Assembly: GCA_013265495.1 (NCBI GenBank)
Contig: MU057711.1
Span: 1,116,001-1,180,000 of the forward strand
Length of the DNA: 64,000 bases
Direction of reading: 5' to 3'
DNA from: Vicugna vicugna
Lineage: Eukaryota
A program made the translations under genes and the position numbers. Positions 27,693 to 38,210 of this stretch are shown piece by piece (positions within the stretch are counted from its first letter, which is position 1; every line of letters begins with the position of its first letter). Under the pieces are notes generated by a model, which saw only the letters and a program-made list of their open reading frames with translations, searched no databases and was not told where the DNA came from.

Positions 27693-28349
27693 TGAGGCAG
27701 GAGGGCAGGGCACAGTCATTCAAGTAATGACACAGCAATTAACACCAAAATAGTGGAAGACTCAACTCCCAGTAGGCCTTGAGGCTCAAAATGGTGGCAG
27801 ATTTGACTTCTAGGAGACCTTGAGCTTATTATACAGACATTATAATATTAGCATGGTAAATGACACTCCCACAGGAGCCATGACAGCTTCAAGGCTGACC
27901 ATAAAAGGTCAAAGAGTGGGCAGTGGCCCAGTTCCTGGGAATCCTAGCCCCTTCCCCAGGGTACCTGGAATAATCCTCCCACTTGTTAGCATATGAAGCC
28001 CCCACTGAGCCCATAAAAACTGGCAACACTGCACCTCATGGCCGCCTCTCTCTCTCCCTCATCTTCGGAGATGGCCCGCACTCTGTCATGGAGTGTGTAC
28101 TTAATTTTATTTTAACCTGAGCATCCAACCCCCACACCTCATGGCCTTTCTCTTGCCTTCTGAAACAGCCTGCACTCTATGCAGTATGTATCTCTCTAAA
28201 TAAATCTACCTTTACTCAACTGTGGCTCGTTCTTGAATTCTTTCCTGCATGAAGCCAAGGACCCACACGTGGCAGGACACGTCCCAGGGACTCATCTGAG
28301 ACCTGGGACATGGCTCTCCTCACACCCCACATTCATTTTTCCTGTATCA
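27693..28349 (+). mobile_element. ERV1-like solo LTR (657 bp)
   Basis: TG...CA termini, 4-bp TSD ttat on both sides, CATAAAAA at ~28013, AATAAA 28199-28204, internal direct repeats. Confidence 0.85.
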
Positions 28350-28939
28350 TTATGAAGTTCTCTACCTTTTAAGATAAAAATTGGTTAGCAAGGAGAGTCA
28401 AGAATTAGCCCCCTGCCCCAAATTGTATCAGAAACCTCAGAAGTGTTTATGTCATTTGATCTGGGAATCCCACATTAGGAATTCACCCTAAGCAAACAAG
28501 GAAAGCTGCATACAGAGATTTAGCCCTGACAGTGCACATCAGAGCAGTGTTTGAAAGGGCAAAATATTGGAAACTACACATAAGTAATAATAGGAACTAT
28601 ATTGCGGTTCTGTCATGAAGTGGACAGTTATACAGATATTAAACTGTTGTTGAAGGTGAGTATTTATTGAAGTGATGGCCATAACATTGCTGAAGTTTAA
28701 AAAGTAGATTAAAAAGCCATATGACAGCATGAGCCCGTTTTTAAATCAAGCTCAAGAAAGAGTGTAATTGTGAAGATAAAGCCTGAGTGGGTGCATATTA
28801 AAAAGTTTACAGTGATTATCTCTGGGTGGTGAGATCAAAGATAATTTTCATTTTATCCTTTTGGTTTGCCCATATTTTCTACAATGAGCTGTTATTAGTG
28901 AGTAACGATTTAAAAAAGCACATTAAAAAAGAATGAATA

Positions 28940-29001
28940 CTGGGACATTATGCTGTACACCAGAAATTGAAACATTGTAACTGATTATACTTCAATTAAA
29001 A
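28940..29001 (+). mobile_element. Very short (~60 bp) L1 3' terminus
   Basis: tatgctgtacaccagaaattgaaacattgtaactgattatacttcaatt plus poly(A); 15-bp TSD aaaaaagaatgaata at a TT/AAAA site. Confidence 0.88.
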
Positions 29002-29302
29002 AAAAAAGAATGAATAAAACTTTTCTAAAATCCAAAGTGTATATAACTAAGTAGTGTTGACTTTAAGTTAAAACAAAACATAGATGCCAAAAGCCCCCTC
29101 AGTCCCTGACTCCTGGCCTGAGGCTGCCTCCTGCTTCCCCAGTCCAAACACAGACTCAGTGCTTGCTCTCAGAAAGCAGTCAGGACTTCGCTGAAGTCCG
29201 CACAGGAGGGAGGGAGGGATGAGGGGCTTTACAGCTCACATCTTGGGGCAAACTAGCTGGACAGTCTTCTTAGAAATATCTCTTCACTACCATTCTTGGC
29301 TC

Positions 29303-29771
29303 TGTGGAATAAAATTCATATTTTATGGCAAGTCAAGAAAATTTTAAACATAAAAAATCCTTCTCTGCCCTTTGGCTGCCTCTCCCCTCACTGTGCATAA
29401 TGTATCTGCATTTATGCATCAACCAAACCGCCCCCATCAACAGGAAAACCTGCTCAACCATAAAGAGCAACATCCTCCTAGCATCAACAAGACAACTCCT
29501 TAAAAGATAACATTCCTTCTTGATCTTGTAAAGGGTCATATGACCCACCAGGAGGCCGCTTAGGTCTGGGTTATGTAAACTGTTAACAATACATCATTTG
29601 ATGTACGGCCCTCTGTCTCAAAAAACTTATAAAACTGTGCCTTGATTTCTAACCGGCAGAACAGCTCTCAGAGCTTTCTGAGATGCTCTTCCCAGGTTAT
29701 AAGTCTCAAATTTGGCTCAAATAAAAATTTCCATTTCTTTCATAGATCAACTGATTAATTTTTTGTTGACA
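29303..29771 (+). mobile_element. ERV1-like solo LTR (469 bp)
   Basis: TG...(ttttgttga)CA termini, TATAAAA 29628-29634, AATAAA 29720-29725, flanks gctc/gcta (3 of 4 TSD match). Confidence 0.78.
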
Positions 29772-29889
29772 GCTAGCTGCATTTCCACTCCTGCCGCCTT
29801 CCCTCCCCACTTCAGATTTCCCTTTCCTCTCCTACACAGAGCAATTCAGCCCCAAACTCTAACTACCCCCAAACACTACTGAGGTGACC

Positions 29890-30080
29890 ACCTTCATTGG
29901 AACCTTAACTCTACAATTTACTGTGTGACCCTGAGTGAAACACTTGTTCTCTCTCTCAGCCTCCATTTCTTCATCTGTGAAATGGGGAGGACAGTATCTT
30001 GGTATGAAGACTGAGTGAAATAAGTCATGCGCGGTGCTGAGCATAAGGCTTTCTATGCAGTCAGTGTTCACAGAGCTCTG
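29890..30080 (+). mobile_element. MIR SINE
   Basis: ctgtgtgaccctgagtgaaacactt...agcctccatttcttcatctgtgaaatgggga. Confidence 0.7.
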
Positions 30081-30183
30081 CTGCTCCCTGACGTAGGTCA
30101 CCAGTGCCAGTCCTCATGTGACCATCCTTCTTGTCTAAGTCCTAGCAGAGACTCCAAAGGCTGATGCCAGGAGTCTTATAATC

Positions 30184-30343
30184 TATTTTTTTTTAAATTA
30201 AGTTTGATTTGTTGTCCATTATCTCTCTAGAATTAAAAAAATTTTTTCTTTTGATGGAGGTTCTGGGGATTGAATCCAGGACCCGGTGCATGCTAAGCAC
30301 ATGCTCTATCACTGAGCTATACACTGCCCACCCACCCCCACCC
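30184..30343 (-). mobile_element. Vic-1-type SINE with an atypical tail
   Basis: ggggattgaatccaggacccggtgcatgctaagcacatgctctatcactgagctata; perfect 17-bp TSD ccaggagtcttataatc (30167-30183 / 30344-30360). Confidence 0.92.
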
Positions 30344-30815
30344 CCAGGAGTCTTATAATCCAAATTGAAAAGCAGAACCCCCTGTGTAAGACAGGGTCAG
30401 AGACTGGGAAGCTGTTTTGCCAGCGTAGTTCTCCACTACCTCTAGGCCACCTAAGGAGAGGTAGGATGTGGAAAGTGGGACAGGGTGTGTTTGGAGAATG
30501 TACCTCAGCTGAGAGGTTTCTCCTGCCTACTTCTCACTTCAGGCCAAGTAGGAGGAGATTCAAGTGTACCTTTTGGTAGCATGGCATGTGACTCCTAGAA
30601 TTTGGGAGATAGAGGATCTGAACTTGTGCCTGAAGAGTCTAAAGGTGAGGAGCTGTGTTTGGTGCTGCCCCCCTGTGGCAGGGAGGAGAGTGACAGGTTG
30701 GAGTTGAAGGGTAGGTTTTCTGGGAACCAGATGTGGACGCTTTGGAAGGCAGCCAGCCTGATATCATCACCAGGGGGCTCCCTGGAAGGGAGCAGGGACC
30801 CTAGCAGAAAGGTGA

Positions 30816-31200
30816 TGTATTAGTTTCCTATTGCTGCTATGACAAATAACCACAAACCAGTCATCTGTCACCGGGCATTTAGGTTGTTTCCATGTCTTGG
30901 CTATTGTAAATAGTGCTGCTATGAACACTGGGGTGCATATATCTTTTTGAATTAGAGTTTTTGTCTTTTCTGGGGCCCTCTGCTTTTGTCGTGACATCTT
31001 CTCTCTGACTGTGACCCTCCAGCCTCCCTCTTGTAAGGACTCTTGTGATAACACTGGGCTCACTCAAGTAGTCCAGGATAATCTATCTCCAGATCCTTAA
31101 CTTAATCACACCTACAGGGTCCCCCTTGCAATGTAAGGTAGCATGCTCTCAGGTGCCAGAGAGAGTTAGGATGTGGACCTCTCTGGGGAGCTATCCACAA
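30816..31200 (-). mobile_element. MLT1 LTR whose interior is replaced by an L1 fragment (30857-30973)
   Basis: MLT1 end tgtattagtttcctattgctgctatgacaaataaccacaaa; L1 ORF2 segment (IQKDICTPVFIAALFTIAKTWKQPKCP on the minus strand); MLT1 resumes ctctgcttttgtcgtgacatc...taaggactcttgtgat. Confidence 0.88.
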
Positions 31201-33039
31201 GCCTGGCACTGGTGGACTGTTGGCAGTCAGTCTGGGGTTGAGGTCTAATTGGCCATCCGGAGCAGAGGCATTGCCTAAACCAAAGGAGAGGAATCCACAG
31301 AAGTGCCCCCAAAAGACAGGGTGGGGACGGGTGGGAGCACTGGCTGGTAACTGTACGCTGGTCATTCTGAGGGCACCAAACCCAGGTGACAAAGGAAGAC
31401 ACTTAAAGACATAGTAAGACACAAAAAAGTGCCCCTTTCCCTCAATCTCCTCTCCCTTGGACACATTTCTGGAAGGTTTCGTCTGGCAAGTAGAGGAAGT
31501 GGAGTCCTAGGTGGTGGTTTTAATTATGGAAACAGAATAGACGTCGTGATTGAAAGAGCCCAGAAAACCACGGGACCTGCCTGATGTTTTATCCTGAGGC
31601 AGAAAAGAATGAATCAGAGTCCAAAGAGAGATCTCAAAGTGACAGAGGGAGACGCACCGCAGTTGGTTTCTGCTTCCACCCTCTCAACTCCCCTTGTTTA
31701 ATAAACACGCTGCATCTGTCTATGGCTCTTCACTCCATCACTGGCCCAGGAGCCACCTGCAGAAAAGAAGTGGCTGCCTCATCCTTCTTCCCTCCCAGAC
31801 TGACATAGGGATGGTGCTTAGGAGATGGTCAGGAATTATATGCTATCGGGAGCTATGACCCAAGTCCATTCACAAGTTTTCCACTTCTCTCTCCTGGTGA
31901 TGCCCAGACCGTCCAGTTCCATGAGCAATTTATGCCTCAGAAGCCACTACGCGAAGTGATGGAGACACTCACTGGAGCACATGCAGGCGATAGAGAGAAG
32001 GGGCCTTAGAATCCAGAATAAACTGGACCCTGGTTGCTGACATCAGCTCCTACTTGGTCTGACTTTGTCAGAAATAGTCTGCCTGGTGGGTGGCTGGTGA
32101 GCCATTCCAGCTTGTCACAGTGGGCAGGGTAATGACACCTTGAATTAGTTTATGTGACCAACTAAGAGGCACAGATATTCACACCTCTGCAGCTCATCTG
32201 GAACTGTCTCCATAGAGGAAGTTGCTGTCAGGAGCCTTTGGAGGCTGGAGAGGTTAACGGTGAGGCGTGCAGGGCCGGCAGCCAAACTCACCTGGATTTG
32301 AAGCCAGATTTGCCCACTTAATACCTGCACAACTCTGGACAAGCGAACAGCTGCTAGAGCCTCAGGCCCTCCTGTGTTAAATGGAGAAATAAACAAGATG
32401 ATCCATGTAAAATGCTAGTACAGGGCCGGGCACAGAGGCAACACTCAGGGTATGTGAAGTTGTTGTTACTATTACTGGGGCGTGAAAAGTGTCCTGGACT
32501 GGGAGTCAGGGTTCAGGTTCAAAAACTAGATGTGTGAACATAATCGTTCACGTTCACTGAGAACTTAAAATGCACCAGACACCTTGTTAAGTACTGACAT
32601 CAATCCTCTCCCTTAAGCCTCATAACCATCCTAAGAGGTGGGGACTTTCATCAATCCAGATTTTGTGGCCTGGGGGACCTGATGCACAAAGGGATAGTGT
32701 CCCACAGCAGCAAGAACTCCAGTGCCCCAGCTCTGAACCAGTGCCTGCAGTGAGCCCAGTCCCATCCCTCAACGGTCATGATGCTGGCTTTAGGTTTTCC
32801 AAGATACCATGGAATTTTTTTTTTAAACAAAACATGATGATACCATGGTATTTTAAAGGATATTTTAAGGTCTGAAATACTGATATTTTTGTGAGTATAC
32901 ACTTCTATTTTTGTTTTTTTTTTAAAAAACCTACCTTTGATATTATTTACAACTTGAGATCAACCTAGAGAAGTATACTCCGTACTGCTGACATTTAAAA
33001 TCTATCCTCCCATGGCTTCTGTGTCATTCAGTGACGTCT

Positions 33040-33550
33040 TAGAGAGGCCCACACACCTCTCCGGCCTCACCTCCTACCTCATTCCCCTTTGCCTGCTTTG
33101 CTGGAGTTGTGCTGACCTTGCTAGTCCTTAAAAATGCAGAGATGCTCCTGCCTCAGGTCCTTTGCACTGGCTGTTCCCTCTGCCTAGAGCACTCTTCCCA
33201 CAGATATCTGCATGGCAGCCTCCCTTACTGCCTTTAAGTCATCACTCAAATATAATCTGGTCAATGAGGCCTGCCCTGACCATCCCATTTCTAATCATAA
33301 CACCACCTCCCCTTCTCCTAACCTCCCCACACTCCGTTAGTGCAGTACTCATGCCCTTCTAACATACTATATAGTGTATTTACTCACTATGTTTATTTTG
33401 CATTGCATAACTAACCCCTCTCTCCCATTGAAATGTACACTGTACAAAAATGTGCCTGTCTTGCTCTCTCGTATGCCCCAGGAGTTTAGATCAGTGCCTG
33501 GCACACAGTAGGCACTTAATAAAAAATGATTTGGTACAGTAGTAAATAAA
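33040..33550 (+). mobile_element. L2 LINE 3' portion
   Basis: ctcctgcctcaggtcctttgcactggctgttccctctgcctagagcactcttccc...cagtgcctggcacacagtaggcacttaataaa. Confidence 0.85.
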
Positions 33551-34273
33551 GATGACTTTCTAACCACACTCCCCTCCCTTGTTTAAAATCCTTTCAATGC
33601 ACCTTAATTGACTTATGGGGTAGAGCAGCGTTTGTGGGTTCCACGGTCATCTCTGGTCCCTGCAGCCAGTCTGGGCCTGTCTGCTTCCATTGAGCACCGT
33701 GGTGAAGGTGGCTTAGATTGTGGGGAAGGTGAGGAGGTGGGTATTAAGTGAATCTGGAGGGGAGGCTGTTATGGCACAATCCATCTCTTTCCCCAGGACT
33801 GGATTCCTTCCCCTCTCCTCCCCTTCCTCCTTTCAGCCAGCTCCAAACTCTCAGGGCCCAGCTCATCAGTCCTCCTTCCCCAGTCCTCCTCCCTGGAGAA
33901 ACCCAACACAATGGTTGGAGGAGCTTTGACCTCTGGCTCTGCCCTCCAGGGGACCAGCATCTAATGCCCAAGTGTACAAATGGTGGTGATTCTGTCATTC
34001 TGTCATTCTGTTCCTGCACTGCAATCACAACTTCTTTTCCCTGCACTTTTTTTCTTTTCCCTGAGTTTCCCTGTCTGACAAATGAAATGGTGGAATTATA
34101 TTGTCTCTTCTGACCTTGCCCTGCTTTGCTATGATTCTAGGTTTTGGCTCCAAAACTCTTTCTTCAGGAGGTTAGCCATTTCCTTCTCTGGCTCCCACAG
34201 TGCTTTGACGGTCATCTGTGCTGGTCCTTATCAAGGGCACGGACTAGAGTTGTCCCTCTGTCTCTCCTGGCCC

Positions 34274-34630
34274 TGCCATTATGGACTGAATTGTGTCTTT
34301 CCATCAAATTCACATGTTTAAGACCTAACCCCCAATGTGTTTGCTTTTGCAGATAGGGCCTTTAAAGGGGTAATTAAAGTTAAATGAGGTCGTAGGGTGG
34401 GGCCTTGATCCAGTAGCACGGGTGTCTTTATAAGAAGAGGAAGAGAGAGCAGAGATCTCTGTCTGGCAGCATGCACAGAGACAGTGCTATCTACAACCCA
34501 AGGAAATAGATCTCAGCAGAGACCAATCCTGCTGACCCAGTGGTCCTATCTCCAGAATCATAAGAAAATACATTTCTATTGTTTAAGCCACCCTGTCTGT
34601 GATGTGTTATTGGCAGCCAGGGCTGATACA
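34274..34630 (+). mobile_element. MLT1A/B-type LTR
   Basis: tatggactgaattgtgtc...agatagggcctttaaaggggtaattaaagttaaatgaggtcgtagggtggggcc...ttgtttaagccaccc...ctgataca. Confidence 0.88.
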
Positions 34631-34698
34631 CCTGCTTTCCTAATGTGTCTGCTTCCAGAGGGAGGGGACTGCCTTCAATACATCAAGGATGTTCCCTG

Positions 34699-34708
34699 GC
34701 GCATGCGC
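34699..34708. promoter_or_regulatory. NRF1 consensus palindrome GCGCATGCGC
   Basis: Exact match to the NRF1 core with intact CpGs, ~500 bp from the CpG island; function not shown. Confidence 0.45.
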
Positions 34709-35209
34709 ACTACTTGTCCCGCACCCCCCCACCCCCGTAGATTGTTGAGGCACGGAAGAAAAGACAGACAATGCAGTCAGAAGACTGATTTTGGTAAAAT
34801 ACACAAATAAATAGTCATCCTTAGCCAAGACACTTGACAGGTTGAACTATAATTTTCAGCTGGGTCTTGTGTAAACACAGCTGTGAGTGTGGCAGAAGGG
34901 AGGAGGAGGGCTGGGAGCGAAGCCAGTGGGTCTGGGTTCAAACTCTGGTTCCCTACTTATTAGCTGGGGACCTGAAGCAAGGTCCTTAACTGCCAGGACC
35001 TCGGTTTCCTCAACTCTGAAATAGGCATAACACTCTATGTCCCCAAAGCAGCTATTAAACGGTGTGTGAGATTAGCCACGCGCTAGCACAAAGGACTGCT
35101 CGTTAACAAGAGCGATTTTTATATTAGTAGCATCAGTGATTCCTGCTCCTTCATTTATTTAACGCATGTTTGGGGAGCGCCTAGTAACTGCTGGAGAGTC
35201 TGCGTACTG

Positions 35210-36200
35210 GACAGAGGGCGGTGAACCTCGTGGTTGAGTCCTGCCTTCAGGGAGGGCGCCGTCCTGATGACCGCCGAGCCAAGCCTCTATTTGCAAGAGC
35301 CCATTTAGTCCTTTAACGACTGGTGGGCTGGCGGTGCCCGTGCTTCGGTGCTACGGAAGTAGCCGGCCTCCGAGTGCAGAGACCACAAAGGACCCGGGCG
35401 GCCCGCGCCCGCCCAGGGTCTCGGAGCAGATGGAAGAACTGAGCCCTCAGGTCCTCCGGCCCAGGAAGAACGGGCACCAGCCCGGGGGTAGGGGCTGCGC
35501 TGACGCCCCTCCTCTCCGCCGACCAGGGCCGGGGAGCCCCCAGCGTCCGCGAGGGCCCGCTTGCGCTCCTGGCTCTCCTCACCGATGCGCCGCGCCCATC
35601 GGCCGGGCGCAGGCAGCCGGCCCGGCCTCCCCGCGGCTCCTGGCGGTACAGCGCCTGGCGGGCGGGCTGCGGGGAGCTGGCCGAGCACGTCTCGGCGGTA
35701 AACAAGGCGCCGGACATGCTCTACGGTGAACTTAGCCGATTTAGACACTCAGCCCTAATTGCGGCGAGCTCGGGCGGCGGCACCCGCGCGGGGCAGATGT
35801 GCCTCGGCGCCGCCCGGCCCAATTGCTCCCACTTATCCCGGTCTCGCCGGCCCGGTGGGGAGCGCGCCGCCAGGAAACGCCTCCGTCCTCGATCGGAGCG
35901 GCGGGCGGCGGGATCGATGGCCGCCCCGCCCCGAGGCTCCCGCCCGTGGTCAGTCCCCGAGCCGGGAGACGGGTCGATGCGACTCGGCCTTCGCGGGTCC
36001 CGGCGGCCTCCCCGGGACGGAATGCTGCTGGCCCGTCGGGCAGAGGCCGCGCGGTGTCGCACCTCCCCAGGCCAGCCCAGCCGACCCCTTGGGAGCCCTT
36101 GGGGGGTGGGTGTAGGGGAGCGGGCCAGGGGACAGCACTGGCCGGAGGTGGGGACGGTGCGGGAGCCGCCGGGGCTCCAACCGCAGGGATGGCTGCACTC
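35210..36200. promoter_or_regulatory. CpG island (no associated coding exon recognised)
   Basis: About 1 kb of very high GC with abundant CpG, GC boxes (ccccgccc ~35924), in a CpG-depleted background; followed by a pyrimidine-rich tract at ~36200-36420. Confidence 0.92.
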
Positions 36201-36825
36201 TCGGCCTCTGTCACCTTCCCTTCCCTTGCTGACCTCGCCCCCATCCCCTGTCCGCCCCTCTCCGTCACTTCTCTCCATCTTTCTCTTCTCCTCTGTCATG
36301 CGCTCTCCCCTTCTCACGCCATCTTATACCTTCCCCCTTCATTTTTCCCTCCCACCTCTCTATTCTCTCTTCTCCTGCCCCCTGCTCCCTCCTTTTCATT
36401 TACTTGCAGTCCCTTCTACTAGTCCTAGAGCCCCCCGCCCCAGTCCCTAGTCATTCTCAGACTGGCTGTCCTAGGGCAAGTACATTTCTGAGCTTTACCA
36501 ACAACCACCCACCCCTCCCCCATCTGCCCCACCTCGCGCCATCTCATTTTAATGTTGCAGGGTTGATTGGAAAGCTGTATAGCCAACCCCCAGGCAGAGG
36601 AGCTGGTCCCGAGCACTGAGTAGTAATTACTTACTACTGAGTGGGAAGGCCCTCTCAACTCTTCAAACAGAATCAGGATAATGTCAGCAAAATTAAACTC
36701 AGACCCTCTAATTACCTCCTCGGTTCACAATTAATGTTTTCATTTGAGCTCATGGCGAATGAGTCTTTGTCAGAGAAAATCAGCAACGCCAGCCTGCAGC
36801 AGCCAGAGCAACGCAAAGAAAGCAC

Positions 36826-37282
36826 GGGAGAGGAGGGAGCGTTTTTGTTTATGATCCCCCCAAACCTTTGACAAATCATCCCCAATGGCTGTCCTTCCCC
36901 TCCCCCCCTTATCTTTCTTCATAAGCTCCTAAAAGTAAGAGGTCTTCCAGTGTGAAGGGTGGTTACCAGGACAGCTATTCACGCTCTCCTGCCTGAGAAG
37001 CCACACTCAACTCCAGGCATTATTATCTTCCCAAGGGTTCTGTCTGCGCCCATCAAAAGGGAGAGGAGGGAGCGTTTTTGTTTATGATCCCCCAAACCTT
37101 TGACAAATCATCCCCATGGCTGTCCTTCCCCTCCCCCCCCCCTTATCTTTCTTCATAAGCTCCTAAAAGTAAGAGGTCTTCCAGTGTGAAGGGTGGTTAC
37201 CAGGACAGCTATTCACGCTCTCCTGCCTGAGAAGCCACACTCAACTCCAGGCATTATTATCTTCCCAAGGGTTCTGTCTGCG
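36826..37282. repeat. Tandem duplication of a 223/224-bp unique segment (36826-37048 and 37059-37282)
   Basis: The copies are identical except for three homopolymer length differences; 10-bp spacer cccatcaaaa. Confidence 0.97.
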
Positions 37283-37779
37283 ATCTGCCCCCAAAAAAAA
37301 AAAAAAAAAGTGTCTGTTACAATGGAATGTTCTGCTAGCCATTAATTCAGAGAGTTAAAATACTCATCTCCTAATACGTTTCCTTTTGAAACCTTCAAAT
37401 ACTAAAGCTTTCTCTTACTCTTGGAGTGGAGAGGCTGCAGGCTGTCCCAGTCTGAGAGCCATCTTTCCATTATCTGCAAGCCTTTCAGATTCAAACAGGT
37501 GGGAAGGATGCTTCTGATTGAGCTGCAGAGTCCTCTACCGTGTTCAGCCCACCTTCGCCTGCCTGCCTGCCCTGAGTTACTTCTGACTTTGTTGAAAAAT
37601 TAGTTAAAAACAAGAAACACACTATTAGTGGATAAAATGCAATTCAACATAAGAATTGCAATAAGAGAACGTTCCTCTTCCTCCCCACCCAATTCTTCTC
37701 CTAGTTTCAGCTGGACTCTAGGGGTTTTACTATTTGTGTGCTGATGGGAGCAACAGAGCCATTTGGCCTCTGCCTCACT

Positions 37780-38210
37780 TTTACAAATGGGCCCCCAAAT
37801 TAGACTTTTGATAAGGTCTACTGGTAAATAGAGTCTGCAGTAAATTCATATTATAACTTAGCGTGAATTGCAGAAAGGCCTCTCTTCCACAAGACATTCT
37901 ACTGCCGACTGCCAGAACGTTGTCAGGAAAACGTGCAAATCTGCAACAACTATGGGGAGAACGGTGCCCTTGGAGGCCTTGCTCACAGTCAGAGCACGTC
38001 CATCCCTTAAGCGTCAACGTGTGTGCCATTAATGGAGCAGACAGCTTGCAGAGCTCTGTGAATTAATGTTTTAAATCAGCTCTATTTATTTGATAATTAG
38101 CACCATTACACTATCAGTTTCTTGGTGCGAAAGCATTTGTTTGTTAAAAGTATACATTAAGAATGTTTCATCATTTTTATAGCCATCATTTGGCAGTTAT
38201 TCATGTCGTT
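37780..38210. promoter_or_regulatory. Candidate conserved non-coding enhancer block
   Basis: Non-repetitive AT-rich block dense in homeodomain cores (ccattaatgg, gaattaatg, gataattagcaccattac). Conservation not tested. Confidence 0.4.

Noticed and set aside
30660..30785. Two CTCF-like motifs (tgccacaggggggcagca on the minus strand; tcaccagggggctc)
   Set aside because: Each has two mismatches to the core consensus; not supportable without a PWM scan or ChIP data.
35305..36450. Overlapping 130-244 aa ORFs on both strands in the CpG island
   Set aside because: They are Arg/Pro/Gly/Ala-rich, open in many frames at once and show no recognisable domain. This is expected from stop-codon scarcity in GC-rich DNA.
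37283..37310. A17 run suggesting the duplicated segment is a retrocopy
   Set aside because: No polyA signal or TSD, and the copy is adjacent in tandem, which retrotransposition would not explain.
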